From positions 78,247-142,246 of the forward strand of contig NIVC01001217.1 of the NCBI GenBank assembly GCA_002269645.1: DNA of 64,000 bases. Direction: 5' to 3'. A program made the position numbers and the translations under genes. How positions within the stretch are numbered: the stretch's first letter is position 1; each line of letters begins with the position of its first letter. Positions 37,473 to 50,216 of this stretch are shown one piece after another. Below the pieces are notes generated by a model. That model saw only the letters and a program-made list of their open reading frames with translations, was not told where the DNA came from and did not search any database. This stretch comes from Macrostomum lignano. Lineage: Eukaryota.

Positions 37473-40400
37473 TCAAATCCATTGCTCGCTAGGCAGGCAG
37501 TGAATCTCCATTACTCGCCACGCCGCCCGAGGGTTGAGCTCGGCCTGGTCGCGGCACAAGGCCCACACGTGGGTGACGCGAAGGATTTTGTCAGGATCGC
37601 CTTCCACAACTTTGCCAGCAGAGTCGCGTACGCACTCGATGTGCTGCGCGGTGAAGCTGATCACCAGCACCGGGCCCTGCGGATTTGGCGTAGGGAGAGG
37701 GTAGGGAGATTGGAGTGTAGGGAGGTTGGAGTGTAGGGAGGTTGGAGTGTAGGGAGATTGGAGTGTAGGGAGATTGGAGTGTAGAGAGATTGGAGTGTAG
37801 GGTGGTTGGAGTGTAGGGAGATTGGAGTGTAGGGAGATTGGAGTGTAGGGAGGTTGGAGTGTAGGGAGGTTGGAGTGTAGGGAGGTTGGAGTGTAGGGAG
37901 GTTGGAGTGTAGGGAGGTTGGAGTGTAGGGAGGTTGGAGTGTAGGGAGATTGGAGTGTAGGGAGGTTGGAGTGTAGGGAGGTTGGAGTGTAGGGAGATTG
38001 GAGTGTAGGGAGATTGGAGTGTAGGGACGTTGGAGTGTAGGGAGGTTGGAGTGTAGGGAGATTGGAGTGTAGGGAGGTTGGAGTGTAGGGAGGTTGGAGT
38101 GTAGGGAGGTTGGAGTGTAGGGAGGTTGGAGTGTAGGGAGATTGGAGTGTAGGGAGATTGGAGTGTAGGGACGTTGGAGTGTAGGGAGGTTGGAGTGTAG
38201 GGAGATTGGAGTGTAGGGAGGTTGGAGTGTAGGGAGATTGGAGTGTAGGGAGATTGGAGTGTAGGGAGGGAGATTGGAGTGTAGGGAGGGAGATTGGAGT
38301 GTAGGGAGGGAGATTGGAGTGTAGGGAGGGAGATTGGAGTGTAGGGAGATTAGTGTAGAGAGATTGGAGTGTAGGGAGATTAGTGTAGAGAGATTGGAGT
38401 GTAGGGAGATTAGTGTAGAGAGATTGGAGTGTAGGGAGATTAGTGTAGAGAGATTGGAGTGTAGGGAGATTAGTGTAGGGAGATTGGAGTGTAGGGAGAT
38501 TGGAGTGTAGGGAGATTAGTGTAGAGAGATTGGAGTGTAGGAAGATTGGTGTAGAGAGATTGGAGTGTAGGGAGGTTGGAGTGTAGGGAGATTGGAGTGT
38601 AGGGAGATTGGAGTGTAGGGAGATTGGAGTGTAGGGACGTTGGAGTGTAGGGAGGTTGGAGTGTAGGGAGGTTGGAGTGTAGGGAGGTTGGAGTGTAGGG
38701 AGGTTGGAGTGTAGGGAGATTGGAGTGTAGGGAGATTGGAGTGTAGGGAGGTTGGAGTGTAGGGAGGTTGGAGTGTAGGGAGATTGGAGTGTAGGGAGAT
38801 TGGAGTGTAGGGACGTTGGAGTGTAGGGAGGTTGGAGTGTAGGGAGATTGGAGTGTAGGGAGGTTGGAGTGTAGGGAGGTTGGAGTGTAGAGAGATTAGT
38901 GTAGAGAGATTGGAGTGTAGAGAGATTAGTGTAGAGAGATTGGAGTGTAGGGAGATTAGTGTAGAGAGATTGGAGTGTAGGGAGATTAGTGTAGAGAGAT
39001 TGGAGTGTAGGGAGATTGGAGTGTAGGGAGATTGGAGTGTAGGGAGGTTGGAGTGTAGGGAGATTAGTTTAGAGAGATTGGAGTGTAGAGAGATTGGAGT
39101 GAAGGGAGATTGGAGTGTAGGGAGATTGGAGTGTAGGGAGATTAGTGTAGAGAGATTGGAGTGTAGGGAGATTGGAGTGTAGGGAGATTGGAGTGTAGGG
39201 AGATTGGAGTGTAGGGAGATTGGAGTGTAGGGAGATTAGTGTAGGGAGATTAGTGTAGGGAGATTGGAGTGTAGGGAGGTTGGAGTGTAGGGAGATTTTG
39301 AGTGTAGGGGAGATTGGAGTGTAGGGAGATTGGAGTGTAGGGAGATTGGAGTGTAGGGAGATTAGTGTAGGGAGATTAGTGTAGGGAGATTGGAGTGTAG
39401 GGAGGTTGGAGTGTAGGGAGATTGGAGTTTAGGGAGATTGGAGTGTAGGGACGTTGGAGTGTAGGGAGGTTGGAGTGTAGGGAGGTTGGAGTGTAGGGAG
39501 GTTGGAGTGTAGGGAGGTTGGAGTGTAGGGAGATTGGAGTGTAGGGAGATTGGAGTGTAGGGAGGTTGGAGTGTAGGGAGGTTGGAGTGTAGGGAGATTG
39601 GAGTGTAGGGAGATTGGAGTGTAGGGACGTTGGAGTGTAGGGAGGTTGGAGTGTAGGGAGATTGGAGTGTAGGGAGGTTGGAGTGTAGGGAGGTTGGAGT
39701 GTAGAGAGATTAGTGTAGAGAGATTGGAGTGTAGAGAGATTAGTGTAGAGAGATTGGAGTGTAGGGAGATTGGTGTAGAGAGATTGGAGTGTAGGGAGGT
39801 TGGAGTGTAGGGAGATTGGAGTGTAGGGAGATTGGAGTGTAGGGAGATTGGAGTGTAGGGACGTTGGAGTGTAGGGAGGTTGGAGTGTAGGGAGGTTGGA
39901 GTGTAGGGAGGTTGGAGTGTAGGGAGGTTGGAGTGTAGGGAGATTGGAGTGTAGGGAGATTGGAGTGTAGGGAGGTTGGAGTGTAGGGAGGTTGGAGTGT
40001 AGGGAGATTGGAGTGTAGGGAGATTGGAGTGTAGGGACGTTGGAGTGTAGGGAGGTTGGAGTGTAGGGAGATTGGAGTGTAGGGAGGTTGGAGTGTAGGG
40101 AGGTTGGAGTGTAGAGAGATTAGTGTAGAGAGATTGGAGTGTAGAGAGATTAGTGTAGAGAGATTGGAGTGTAGGGAGATTAGTGTAGAGAGATTGGAGT
40201 GTAGGGAGATTAGTGTAGAGAGATTGGAGTGTAGGGAGATTGGAGTGTAGGGAGATTGGAGTGTAGGGAGGTTGGAGTGTAGGGAGATTAGTTTAGAGAG
40301 ATTGGAGTGTAGAGAGATTGGAGTGTAGGGAGATTGGAGTGTAGGGAGATTAGTGTAGAGAGATTGGAGTGTAGGGAGATTGGAGTGTAGGGAGATTGGA

Positions 40401-43400
40401 GTGTAGGGAGATTGGAGTGTAGGGAGATTGGAGTGTAGGGAGATTGGAGTGTAGGGAGATTAGTGTAGGGAGATTAGTGTAGAGAGATTGGAGTGTAGGG
40501 AGATTGGAGTGTAGGGAGATTGGAGTGTAGGGAGATTGGAGTGTAGGGAGGTTGGAGTGTAGGGAGATTTTGAGTGTAGGGGAGATTGGAGTGTAGGGAG
40601 ATTGGAGTGTAGGGAGATTGGAGTGTAGGGAGATTAGTGTAGGGAGATTAGTGTAGGGAGATTGGAGTTTAGGGAGGAAGATCGGAGTGTAGGAGATCGA
40701 TAATGCAGTGAGGTCATCATTCAGTGAGTTTGTATTTATGTCAATACACCACACAGCGCCCAAAGCTGTGATATACACTGTTAATACGCTAACCAACCTG
40801 ATCGACAACCTTGGCCTGCAGCACCTCAGGATAGGACAGGTCAAGCAGACGAGACTCTGACCGGCAACCATGCTGTTTAAGAGTTTTCGACTGCTGTTCC
40901 AGCCGTTTAAATTGGCCCTCGTAGCACCAGCTCTCTAAGACGCGATTGTCGCCGCGAAAGATGGCCTCTAGAACGTTTGGCACCACGAATTGACGGCAAT
41001 GGGTGGCGAAACCGCTCAGGGTAAAGCTGGGCTCCAGTCGAGCGATTTCGTTTACCACCTGACAGGGTTCAGTGAGAGATGGTAAAAGTTTCCAGGCTTA
41101 ACGTGCGGTTTAAGATCTGCTGGCATGTAAACTGAACTCTAAGGGTTGGGTGAGATCTAGTGGGATGGGGTGAGATCTAGTGGGATGGGGTGAGATCTAG
41201 TGGGATGGGGTGAGATCTAGTGGGATGGGGTGAGATCTAGTGGGATGGGGTGAGATCTAGTGGGATGGGTGAGATATAGTGGGATGGGGTGAGATCTAGT
41301 GGGATGGGGTGAGATCTAGTGGGATGGGTGAGATCTAGTGGGATGGGGTGAGATCTAGTGGGATGGGGTGAGATCTAGTGGGATGGGTGAGATCTAGTGG
41401 GATGGGGTGAGATCTAGTGGGATGGGTGAGATCTAGTGGGATGGGGTGAGATCTAGTGGGATGGGTGAGATCTAGTGGGATGGGTGAGATCTAGTGGGAT
41501 GGGTGAGATCTAGTGGGATGGGTGAGATATAGTGGGATGGGGTGAGATCTGGTGGGATGGGGTGAGATCTAGTGGGATGGGGTGAGATCTAGTGGGATGG
41601 GGTGAGATCTAGTGGGATGGGGTGAGATATAGTGGGATGGGGTGAGATCTAGTGGGATGGGGTGAGATCTAGTGGCATGGGGTGAGATCTAGTTGGATGG
41701 AGTGAGATCTAGTGGGATGGGGTGAGATCTAGTTGGCTGGAGTGAGATCTAGTGGGATGGGGTGAGATCTAGTGGGATGGGGTGAGATCTAGTGGGATGG
41801 GGTGAGATCTAGTGGGATGGGGTGAGATCTAGTGGATGGGGTGAGATCTAATGAACTGGAGTGAGATCTAATGAACTGGAGTGGGATCTAATGAACTGGA
41901 GTGGGATCTAATGACCTGGAGTGAGATCTAATGAACTGGAGTGAGATCTAATGAACTGGAGTGAGATCTAATGAACTAGAGTGGGATCTAATGACCTGGA
42001 GTGAGATCTAATGAACTGGATGAGATCTAATGAACTAGAGTGGGATCTAATGACCTGGAGTGAGATCTAATGAACTGGAGTGAGATCTAATGAACTGGAG
42101 TGAGATCTAATGAACTGGAGTGAAACCACAGTTAGGTGGAAAAACACAATACTGGACCGCTACCCACAAAAACAAAATCACGGGCATACCTTGTGAAAGT
42201 CGGAGTCAGTGAACAAAGAGCCAAACAAAGAGGAGAATCGCTCGCTAACGAATCTGCCGCCCTAGCAATGGGATTCTCGGATTCCTGATACTGAGACCGC
42301 ATGTCGAATAGCTTCTGCATGTACGGATTGCTGTCCTTGAAGTTGGTCCAGGCCTGCGCCCACTTGCTGTCCCGGTGGAGCACCACGCCCTGCTCGTGCG
42401 GGTTCGCCTCCGGCGGCGGCGCGGCGCCTGACGACGAAGAGTCCGTGGCAATGCCCGACACCTCTTGGCGCGTCATCAGCACCGTGGGGCTGCGGTACAC
42501 CTGCACTCACAATAAGAGATTGATGAAGCAGCTTGGGGACTTGTTATACTAAACTACTCATAGTAGCGAGTAATCAAAACTAGAATTTAATGCCATTATT
42601 TGATGCATGCACCAATGATTTAGGTGGCTGGCCCAGCAACTGAGGATCTGGGAGGCTGGCAAAGCAACTGAGGATCTGGGAGGGAGGCTGGCCCAGCAAC
42701 TGAGGATCTGAGAGGTTGGCCCAGCAACTGAGGATCTGGGAAGCTGGCCCAGCAACTGAGGATCTGGGAATCTGGGTGGCTGGTCTAGCAACCGAGGATC
42801 TGGGAGGCTGGCCCAGCAACTGAGGATTTGGGAGGTTGGCCCAGAAACTGAGGATCTGGAAGGCTGGCCTAGCAACTGAGGATCTGGGAGGCTGGCCCAG
42901 CAACTGAGGATCTGGGTGACTGGCCCAGCAACTGAGAATCTGGGAGGCTGGCCCAGCAACTGAGGATCTGGGAATCTGGGTTGCTGGTCTAGCAGCTGAG
43001 GATTTGGAGGGCTGGCCCAGCAACTGAGGATCTGGGAGGCTGGCCCAGCAACTGAGGATCTGGGTGACTGGCCCAGCAACTGAGAGTCTAGGAGGCTGGC
43101 CCAGCAACTGAGGATCTAAAGTCCAGCAGGGTGGCGGCCCAATGCAAGATCCCTAACCTTCTCACTCTCCCCCAGCTCACCCCCCCGCCCAACTGATCCC
43201 TAACTGACCTTTAGCGACAAGTCGCCCTCGATCTCGCGCGACACGGCGGCGGCGCCGGTGCGGGCCCGGCGTACCAGATCAGAGTCGGCCAGCATCTCAG
43301 CGGATTTAGAAAGCTGCCCGGCCGCGTCTTTGACGCCTTTGGCCGCCTTCTGCAGGTACTCCTGCTGCGCCACCGTGTTCAGACTGTCGCGCACCTTGTC

Positions 43401-44232
43401 GGCCGTGTTTTTCAATCTGGCATCCTGCTCGAGGTTCTGGTAGTACCTGACAATGGGAAAGGTGGATTGGTGGATTGGCAAGCTTGAATTAGGCAGCTTA
43501 ATTAACGTAACTGACTCATTGAGCAAGCAAATTAAGGAAATTAGAGAGCGACTGTTGAGGGCGTCCACCTGAGGTTTAAGGGGATGTCTACCTGAGGATT
43601 GTGACGGCGTCCACCTGAGGTTTAGGGGATGTCTAACTGAGGATTGGGAGGGCGTCCACCTGAGGTTTAGGGGGATGTCTACCTGAGGATTGGGAGGGCG
43701 TCCACCTGAGGTTTAGGGGGATGTCTACCTGAGGATTGGGAGGGCGTCCACCTGAGGTTTAGGGGGATGTCTACCTGAGGATTGGGAGGGCGTCCACCTG
43801 AGGTTTAGGGGGATGTCTACCTGAGGATTGGGACGGCGTCCAACTGAGGTTTAGGGGGATGTCTACCTGAGGATTGGGACGGCGTCCAACTGAGGTTTAG
43901 GGGGATGTCTACCTGAGGATTGTGACGGCGTCCACCTGAGGTTTAGCAAGGCGTCTAGTTCAAGTTTGGGAGGGTTGTCTACCAGAGTTCGAGGCAGATT
44001 AAACTCACTTGCGCACTTTCTGCAGCTCTTCTGACTGTTCAAGCTTGCTAGTCTCGTCGCGAAACCTCTTCAAGCTGTCTTTCATTGCTTTGTCTTTTTG
44101 CATCTCGTCGCGCACTCGGTCGATTAGGCCAGCTACAAAGCCTTTGCCACCTGCGCTGAGCTGCCGACTTGGTGCGGCGAGGCGCCAAGGCAAATGGCTG
44201 GCGGCGGTGAGCCTCAACAGCTGGGAAGTCAT
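37473..44232 (-). CDS. TIMM44: Mitochondrial import inner membrane translocase subunit TIM44: complement(join(37473..37676,40798..41058,42190..42500,43209..43446,44009..44232)); 1-nt frameshift near 42255
   Basis: Basic presequence-like N-terminus, then GFVAGLIDRVRDEMQKDKAMKDSLKRFR, VLHRDSKWAQAWTNFKDSNPYMQKLFDMRSQYQESENP, VVNEIARLEPSF...FVVPNVLEAIFRGDNRVLESWCYE, DQ|GPVLVISFTAQHIECVRDSAGKVVEGDPDKILRVTHVWALCRDQAELNPRAAWRVME. All junctions are GT-AG. Confidence 0.92.
37700..40675. repeat. 16-bp minisatellite GGAGTGTAGGGAGRTT, about 3 kb, TIM44 last intron
   Basis: Tandem units, with recurring variant blocks. Confidence 0.95.
41148..42123. repeat. Two abutting 20-bp minisatellites (GGTGAGATCTAGTGGGATGG, then GAGATCTAATGAACTGGAGT) sharing a GTGAGATCTA core
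   Basis: Switch near 41850, in TIM44 intron 3. Confidence 0.93.
42624..43116 (-). repeat. 28-bp minisatellite (sense unit CCAGCCTCCCAGATCCTCAGTTGCTGGG), TIM44 intron 2
   Basis: Reverse complement of the 51341-52068 array. Confidence 0.93.
43560..43950. repeat. 46-bp dimeric minisatellite GGCGTCCACCTGAGGTTTAGGGGGATGTCTACCTGAGGATTGGGAG, TIM44 intron 1
   Basis: Period 46 (43651, 43697); two ACCTGAGG subunits. Confidence 0.92.
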
Positions 44233-44795
44233 TCTAGCATTAAAAAATTTGCACTACATTTGCACTACTGAATATAACAGAGCAGTAGTATATAGTTTCA
44301 AAAAAATTTAAAATTACTGAATATATTTTGCTTTATATTAAGAATGAATAAAATAAATTAATAAGTATCATTTAAATAAAAATTAATATTTTTATGGCTT
44401 ATGAGCTAAAAATATCTTTATATAGCTATGAATTCCAAAAATAGCCTTTAGGCCTCAAGACTTATCCTATCCCAAGAACTAGTGCACCACTATTATTATG
44501 GTTATGGCTATGGAAATATACAGGAATCATAACTGAAAAAAGATTTGGTTTTTCCTATAGATTGCCTATTTAATTTAGATTTTTTATTTTGCATAATAGT
44601 CTTTTGTTAGGCAATATAATGGTTTATTGATGGTTATTAGAATTTATACAACCAAAAGTATAGCCAAGGGGATAGATAGAGACAGGCTAAATATTTGGAA
44701 TATTTAGAATTGAATCATTTGGTTTGAATCAGAAGAAAAAAGTTGACAATCTAAATACCAAATAGTTGCTTTGGTATAAGATAAAGATCTACAAG

Positions 44796-45087
44796 CATAC
44801 ATGCGCAACAGTCGGCCGATCCGGCCGACCGATTTGGCAGCCAATCAAGGAAGTCGCAAAAATGCCCACCCGAAAAAATACCAAAGTAGTATTACTAAGT
44901 AGCTGACGAGGCATTTTGACCTAATAAGACAGTCATAGTTACTCCTGCCGTTTACCCAAAGTTGCGTTAATTTTGCGTATGGTTTTTTTAATTACATGTA
45001 AGTCGCATTTTTGGCCAAAAACTACATCGCATTTTTGTTAAAACTAAGTCGCATGGCCGACTGAATTTTGGAGGTTGCGCATGTATG
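44796..45087 (+). mobile_element. Non-autonomous TIR DNA transposon (MITE), copy 1, 292 bp; hAT- or P-like by its 8-bp TSD
   Basis: TIR CATACATGCGCAAC...GTTGCGCATGTATG. TSD TCTACAAG at 44788-44795 and 45088-45095. Subterminal GGCCGA repeats. Confidence 0.9.
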
Positions 45088-48000
45088 TCTACAAGTCAAG
45101 AGTTAAGTCAATTTTTTCACTCAGTTGCTTTTCTCTCTTGTTAGTCTCCATTTGTCTCATTCATTCTTTCTATCAACTTAATCCTTATCTCATTCTTATA
45201 CCCAATAGACTCATATCTTTCTATATCTTAATGAACTTTACTAGCTGTCAACAATTTAAAACTGCAATTTTTTAGGGTGGGGGGAAAGGAATTGGACATA
45301 TTCAGTTTTCTGATAAGTTTAAAACAATTTATTCATTTAAAACCAAACTTGAAAAAAATTCTACTGGTTTTGTATTTGAATTCATAGTCATTATCTATTT
45401 TTTCTAATTGCTTTTTACACTTTTACTTTGAGTATCTTTTCTAATTTGATTCTAATTAACTTGAATCTAATTTGAATTTCAGTTGGTAAATGTAAAATCA
45501 AAAGTTTCATTTTTTGGAGGGAGTGTCACGACTTTCTTAGTCATTTCTTTAGTTTAAGTTTACCTTCACTTGTCTCTATTTAAACTCTGTTTTCTCTCTA
45601 TAAATCTAGTTCAATCTTTTTATTTTTATCTGTCTCCATTGCCACCTTCTGATGGGCTTTCCATTTTTGTCTCTCTCTTAAGTCACACACTTTATCTCTC
45701 CTTTTATTATTACAGACTTAACCTTTCTAAGTTAATGTCCTATAAATATACTGATTTAGGCCCTGCACCCTATTCACTTGTCTTAATATTCAAGTTTAGC
45801 TCTAATTTAAATTGGTTTATTTTATATAAGATTATGAAGTTTGAGTTTGAAGAGTCAAGTGTTAGAGGTTATAGGCTTGTGGCTTATAAATGAAAGAAGG
45901 GAATTAAGGATAGAACAATTACAGCATGTCTTGGGAAATAGCAAGAGTACTTAAATAGTTGCAAGCACATTGTGCTTATATTTAAGGCTTTAAAAGCAGA
46001 GCATTAAGAATCTAATTTATGAAACATAGATTTAAAGGTTTTGATTCTTAAACTCAAAGGTTAAGATTGGCATTTGGTACTATTAGTCCTATCTTATGTC
46101 CTAATATTAACATTAATATAAATAAATGTTCTATTAGTAATACTCTATAAAATAGTTTTAAAAAATTGATTAATCTTATATTTTTATATCTTATATCTTA
46201 TATTTATATTTAGGTAGAAGGCTTACTTAACAACTTAGTAGCCTAAAATACTAGTAAATAATAGAGGGCCTACCTTAGAAAAAAGACCAAATTTTTTGGT
46301 ATATTTTGATATATGCCAAATATATTATTTATGCAAAGTTTCAAATAATTGAATTGTAAATTTTGTAATAGCATTACTAGACTAAACATGGAAATCAATT
46401 TTGCATTAGGGCCTAAATAGTTATCAAATTTATAATTATAATATATAGACAACTTATTGTGACTATTTTTATAATATATTTTATAATTTTTGGTACATAT
46501 CATATACCAAAATTAAAAATTTGTATACTATATACCAAAAGCTCAAAATCACTTTTTCTTTTATATATCAACAATATATATACCAAATTTCTTAAATGTA
46601 CCCTGGAAATTTCTAGCATATATACCTTCTTCTAGACTATAGGGGTCTATATAGGCTCTAATTTATATTTATAATTTCTGCACTAGACCTATAAATTGTC
46701 ATATAGGCTTACTTATGTCTAAAACAATGATTGTTGTGCAATAAATGATGACTACAAATGTTTAGCCAAAACAACTAAAGCAATGCTAATGCCAAGCCAA
46801 CATATTTACAAAAAGATATTATTAAAATGCTCATTATTGCTTTCCAGAAACATTCTATTTGTTTATAATAACTATCCAATAATTAAAATATTGTAGTCTA
46901 TTGAGTAGGTCCTAGTCCTATTCAGTTTTCTTTCAAGTTTTTTATAATTTTACTCTATACTATACTATAGCATTAATGTTGCATATTCTTGGCAATTTTT
47001 TTAAAATTATCTTTCTTGCTTTACAGTTGCACCACTTTTTGCTCTGGCTCTCTGTTGGTTGCACATTATCCTACACTAGGTGACTAGGGCCTAGGGGGCC
47101 TAGGCTTAGGACCAGACCAGGTCCATTTTGAAATTTATCGTGTTGTGCAAAAACATCCCTCTGTTTAAATAAAGTACATGTAAATATGGTCATTTAAGTC
47201 AGTTCTGGCGCCTAGGACCACGGAACTGGCCATCACCCTTGGTTGTACTTGTACCACTGGTACGTGTGATGTAGTAGACGTCGTACCACATAAATTGATA
47301 CAAGAATTGAAAGGCCGCGCCGATCAAAACCGAACTTCACATTGTTAGAAAAGTCCCAGCTAAACAAATAATTAATGATTAAACTCTACTCTTCTTTTAA
47401 AGTTTTTGCTGTAACTTAAAAATATTAGTTTTTAGTGATGTATTTTTCTTTTAAATTGCTTTTTATGCATATGACTTTTGAGTTTCTGTTTTGGCTCTTT
47501 TTTGACTGCAACTGGATGACCACAGGCTTGACTTATTGCCTGATCCGCAATTTAAGAATCGACACTAAGCTGTGACTAAGGTAACCGAGTCTGCGTTTAA
47601 GGGTACAATTATCATGAATACAATCCACTTCGGTGATAGCCACTTTGGTACCTGCCATTTTGGTATAAAAATGACCACTTCGGTAACAAAGCAGATTTAC
47701 GACTATCAGTATCAACACTATATTTCTTTGGTAATTAAATTAGTAACAATTAGTTTAACAATTAACATCTTAAATAATATATTTCCACATATTGTTAAAT
47801 TTTCTTGCTAAACTGTATTATAATTTGTTTCAACTTTCGCGTTAATTTTGTGATAAATAAGTTAAACACATGCAGGTACTAATGTGATATTTAATATTTT
47901 GTTGGCAAACAAAATGACTACATTGTATTTTTGCAGACAAAAGGGTGGCAAACAAACTGGCAGCAGACAAAATGACTATCAACCTAAAATGTAATTTTAG

Positions 48001-48179
48001 TTTTATATATTTATAGTTTTTATAAATGAAGGAAAAGTTGAATTCATTAAAACAATGTAATTTCTAATGGTTTTTGTATTGGGTCTATTATTATGCCTAT
48101 TTTAAATTAGTGTAATACTTTTATTATAACTTACTTTATAATTCTTTGTACTCTGTAAAAATCTTTTCCAACTCTCATT

Positions 48180-48443
48180 CAGGGGCGTAGCAAGGGGGGT
48201 ATCGATATATCGGCCAATATCCCCAAATTTCCAAAGCAACATTTTTTTCCCTTTTTCAGTTGCAATTGTGACTGTTAAGGAAGAGAAAGGTATCCAAATC
48301 GAAAGAATAACAATTAACAAACAAATAGAGTAATTATATGTATTATGCACTAGAAATACATTAAGGGGATATGTGGATCTCAAGCCCTTGCTTTCTGATA
48401 ACAGCTAACCGATACCCCCAAAAAAATCCTGGCTACGCCCCTG
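48180..48443. mobile_element. hAT-like MITE, 264 bp
   Basis: TIR CAGGGGCGTAGC...GCTACGCCCCTG. 8-bp TSD CTCTCATT at 48172-48179 and 48444-48451. Confidence 0.85.
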
Positions 48444-49428
48444 CTCTCATTTGTACACTTATACTTTGGCTATGTATGCATTGAAATTTTTAATTGCCTT
48501 CACTGAAGGGAACAATGCAAACAAATCTGCCACGCAACTAAATGCATTGCAATTAAAAAGAATTGCAGACAAACCTGGGGGGGGGAACTCGCCAAGCAAT
48601 TAGCTTGCAGGCAATTCACTTGTGGGAAAAATGCACTGCAGGCAAATCTTAGTAGGTAATTTGTCTATAGGCAATTCTTATGGACCCCTTTATAATAGAT
48701 AGGCTTTGTAATAAGGAAAGCAATACATTATTATCATTGGCTAGGGCTAGTACTTAAATCAATGTTGAAACTATTGGCCAATTTTATTTAACTTTTGCAG
48801 TCTCTATTTTCTATATTGATAAATTGTTTAATTATATTCTTAATGCATGTTTATATTTTATATCATACTTTTATAAAGAAAGAATTGCAATAAGCAAAAT
48901 TACCCATGCAAAAAAATATACATCATTATTTATATTTTTATAACTTTCTATATCTTATCATAAAAATGTCTTAATAGTTTATATAGCCATATTTTACTTT
49001 TTCTAAAACAAGTTGTTTTGTCTACCACTAGACAAAAAAGTAGCAGATAAAATGACTTTGCACAAAAAAATGACATGCCAAAGGGATGGAACATTAAAGG
49101 GGTAGTGCACACATAAAGGGTAATGCACAGAAGTGACTACATGTTGAAGTGTAGTGCACTTGTGCTATCCCTCTGGTTGCACTAAGTTGCCAATGGCTTT
49201 CATCACCTGCACAGCCTTGAGAAGCAGCCAATTTGTCACAGCAGCTTTAATTTGAGAAACATTTTAATGACAGCCAGTCTGCAGGAATAGGCTAGAGGAG
49301 GCACACAAAGTTTTGCATTTTCTGCAAATTTCTACTAAGTGAAAATTAGTAAACTGCTTATTAGCTAAATTAATAAAAACTATAAGACAATGGTTTAGAT
49401 AGATTAGACAAGTTGAATGTAGTTAATC

Positions 49429-49726
49429 CATACATGTGCAACCTCCAAAATTCGGTCAGCCGTGCGACTTAGTTTTAACAAAAATGCGACGTAGTTTTTG
49501 GCCAAAAATGCGACTTACATATAAAAAAACCCGAAAGCAAAATTAACGCAACTTTGGGTAAACGGCAGGAGTAACTATGACTGTTTTATTAAGCTAAAAT
49601 GCCTCGTCAGCTACTTAGAACTACTCTTCAGGTTATTTTTTGGGTGGGCATTTTTGCGACTTCCTTGATTGGCCGCCAAATCGGTCGGCCGGATCGGCCG
49701 ACTCGGCCGACTGTTGCGCATGTATG
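49429..49726 (-). mobile_element. Same MITE family, copy 2, 298 bp, inverted relative to copy 1
   Basis: Its reverse complement aligns along the whole length of 44796-45087. TIR CATACATGTGCAAC...GTTGCGCATGTATG. It has its own TSD, AGTTAATC, at 49421-49428 and 49727-49734. Confidence 0.9.
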
Positions 49727-50216
49727 AGTTAATCCCATCATTTATTTAATGAAACTGGACAAACAGTGCAGGATTCACCTACTTATTAGCTGATGAGGCA
49801 ATTTGATCATGGTTATTCCAGCTTTTAACCCCATTTGCCCCTTATATTAGCAATGCTTGGCGCATATCCATGGGCTTTGATAGTTTATTTCAATAGATTA
49901 GTTATTTATTGATTACCATTTTTATCCAAAATACATATATCTATAGTATTATAATCAGCCATATTAGAATAAGTTTGAAAAACCTGCAGATGTACACTAC
50001 ATAGATACAAAAATGGCCCAAAAGTGCAATATACAAGCCATAGGATACAGAAACATTAAAATAGAATTTATGGAATGCAACTCCATAAACATCAAAGATA
50101 AAGCAATAAAGTGTTTCAAATATGTTATTTTACTTTTTATGTTTTAATAGTAACTCCTTTGCTAAAATTCCTTTTATATAATAGCTGTAATATTACACAT
50201 TCTTATAATTTTCCAG

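Noticed and set aside
44895-44940. Hammerhead ribozyme core (CTGACGAG) inside the MITE
   Set aside because: No stem II followed by GAAA; likewise for CTGATGAG at about 49790.
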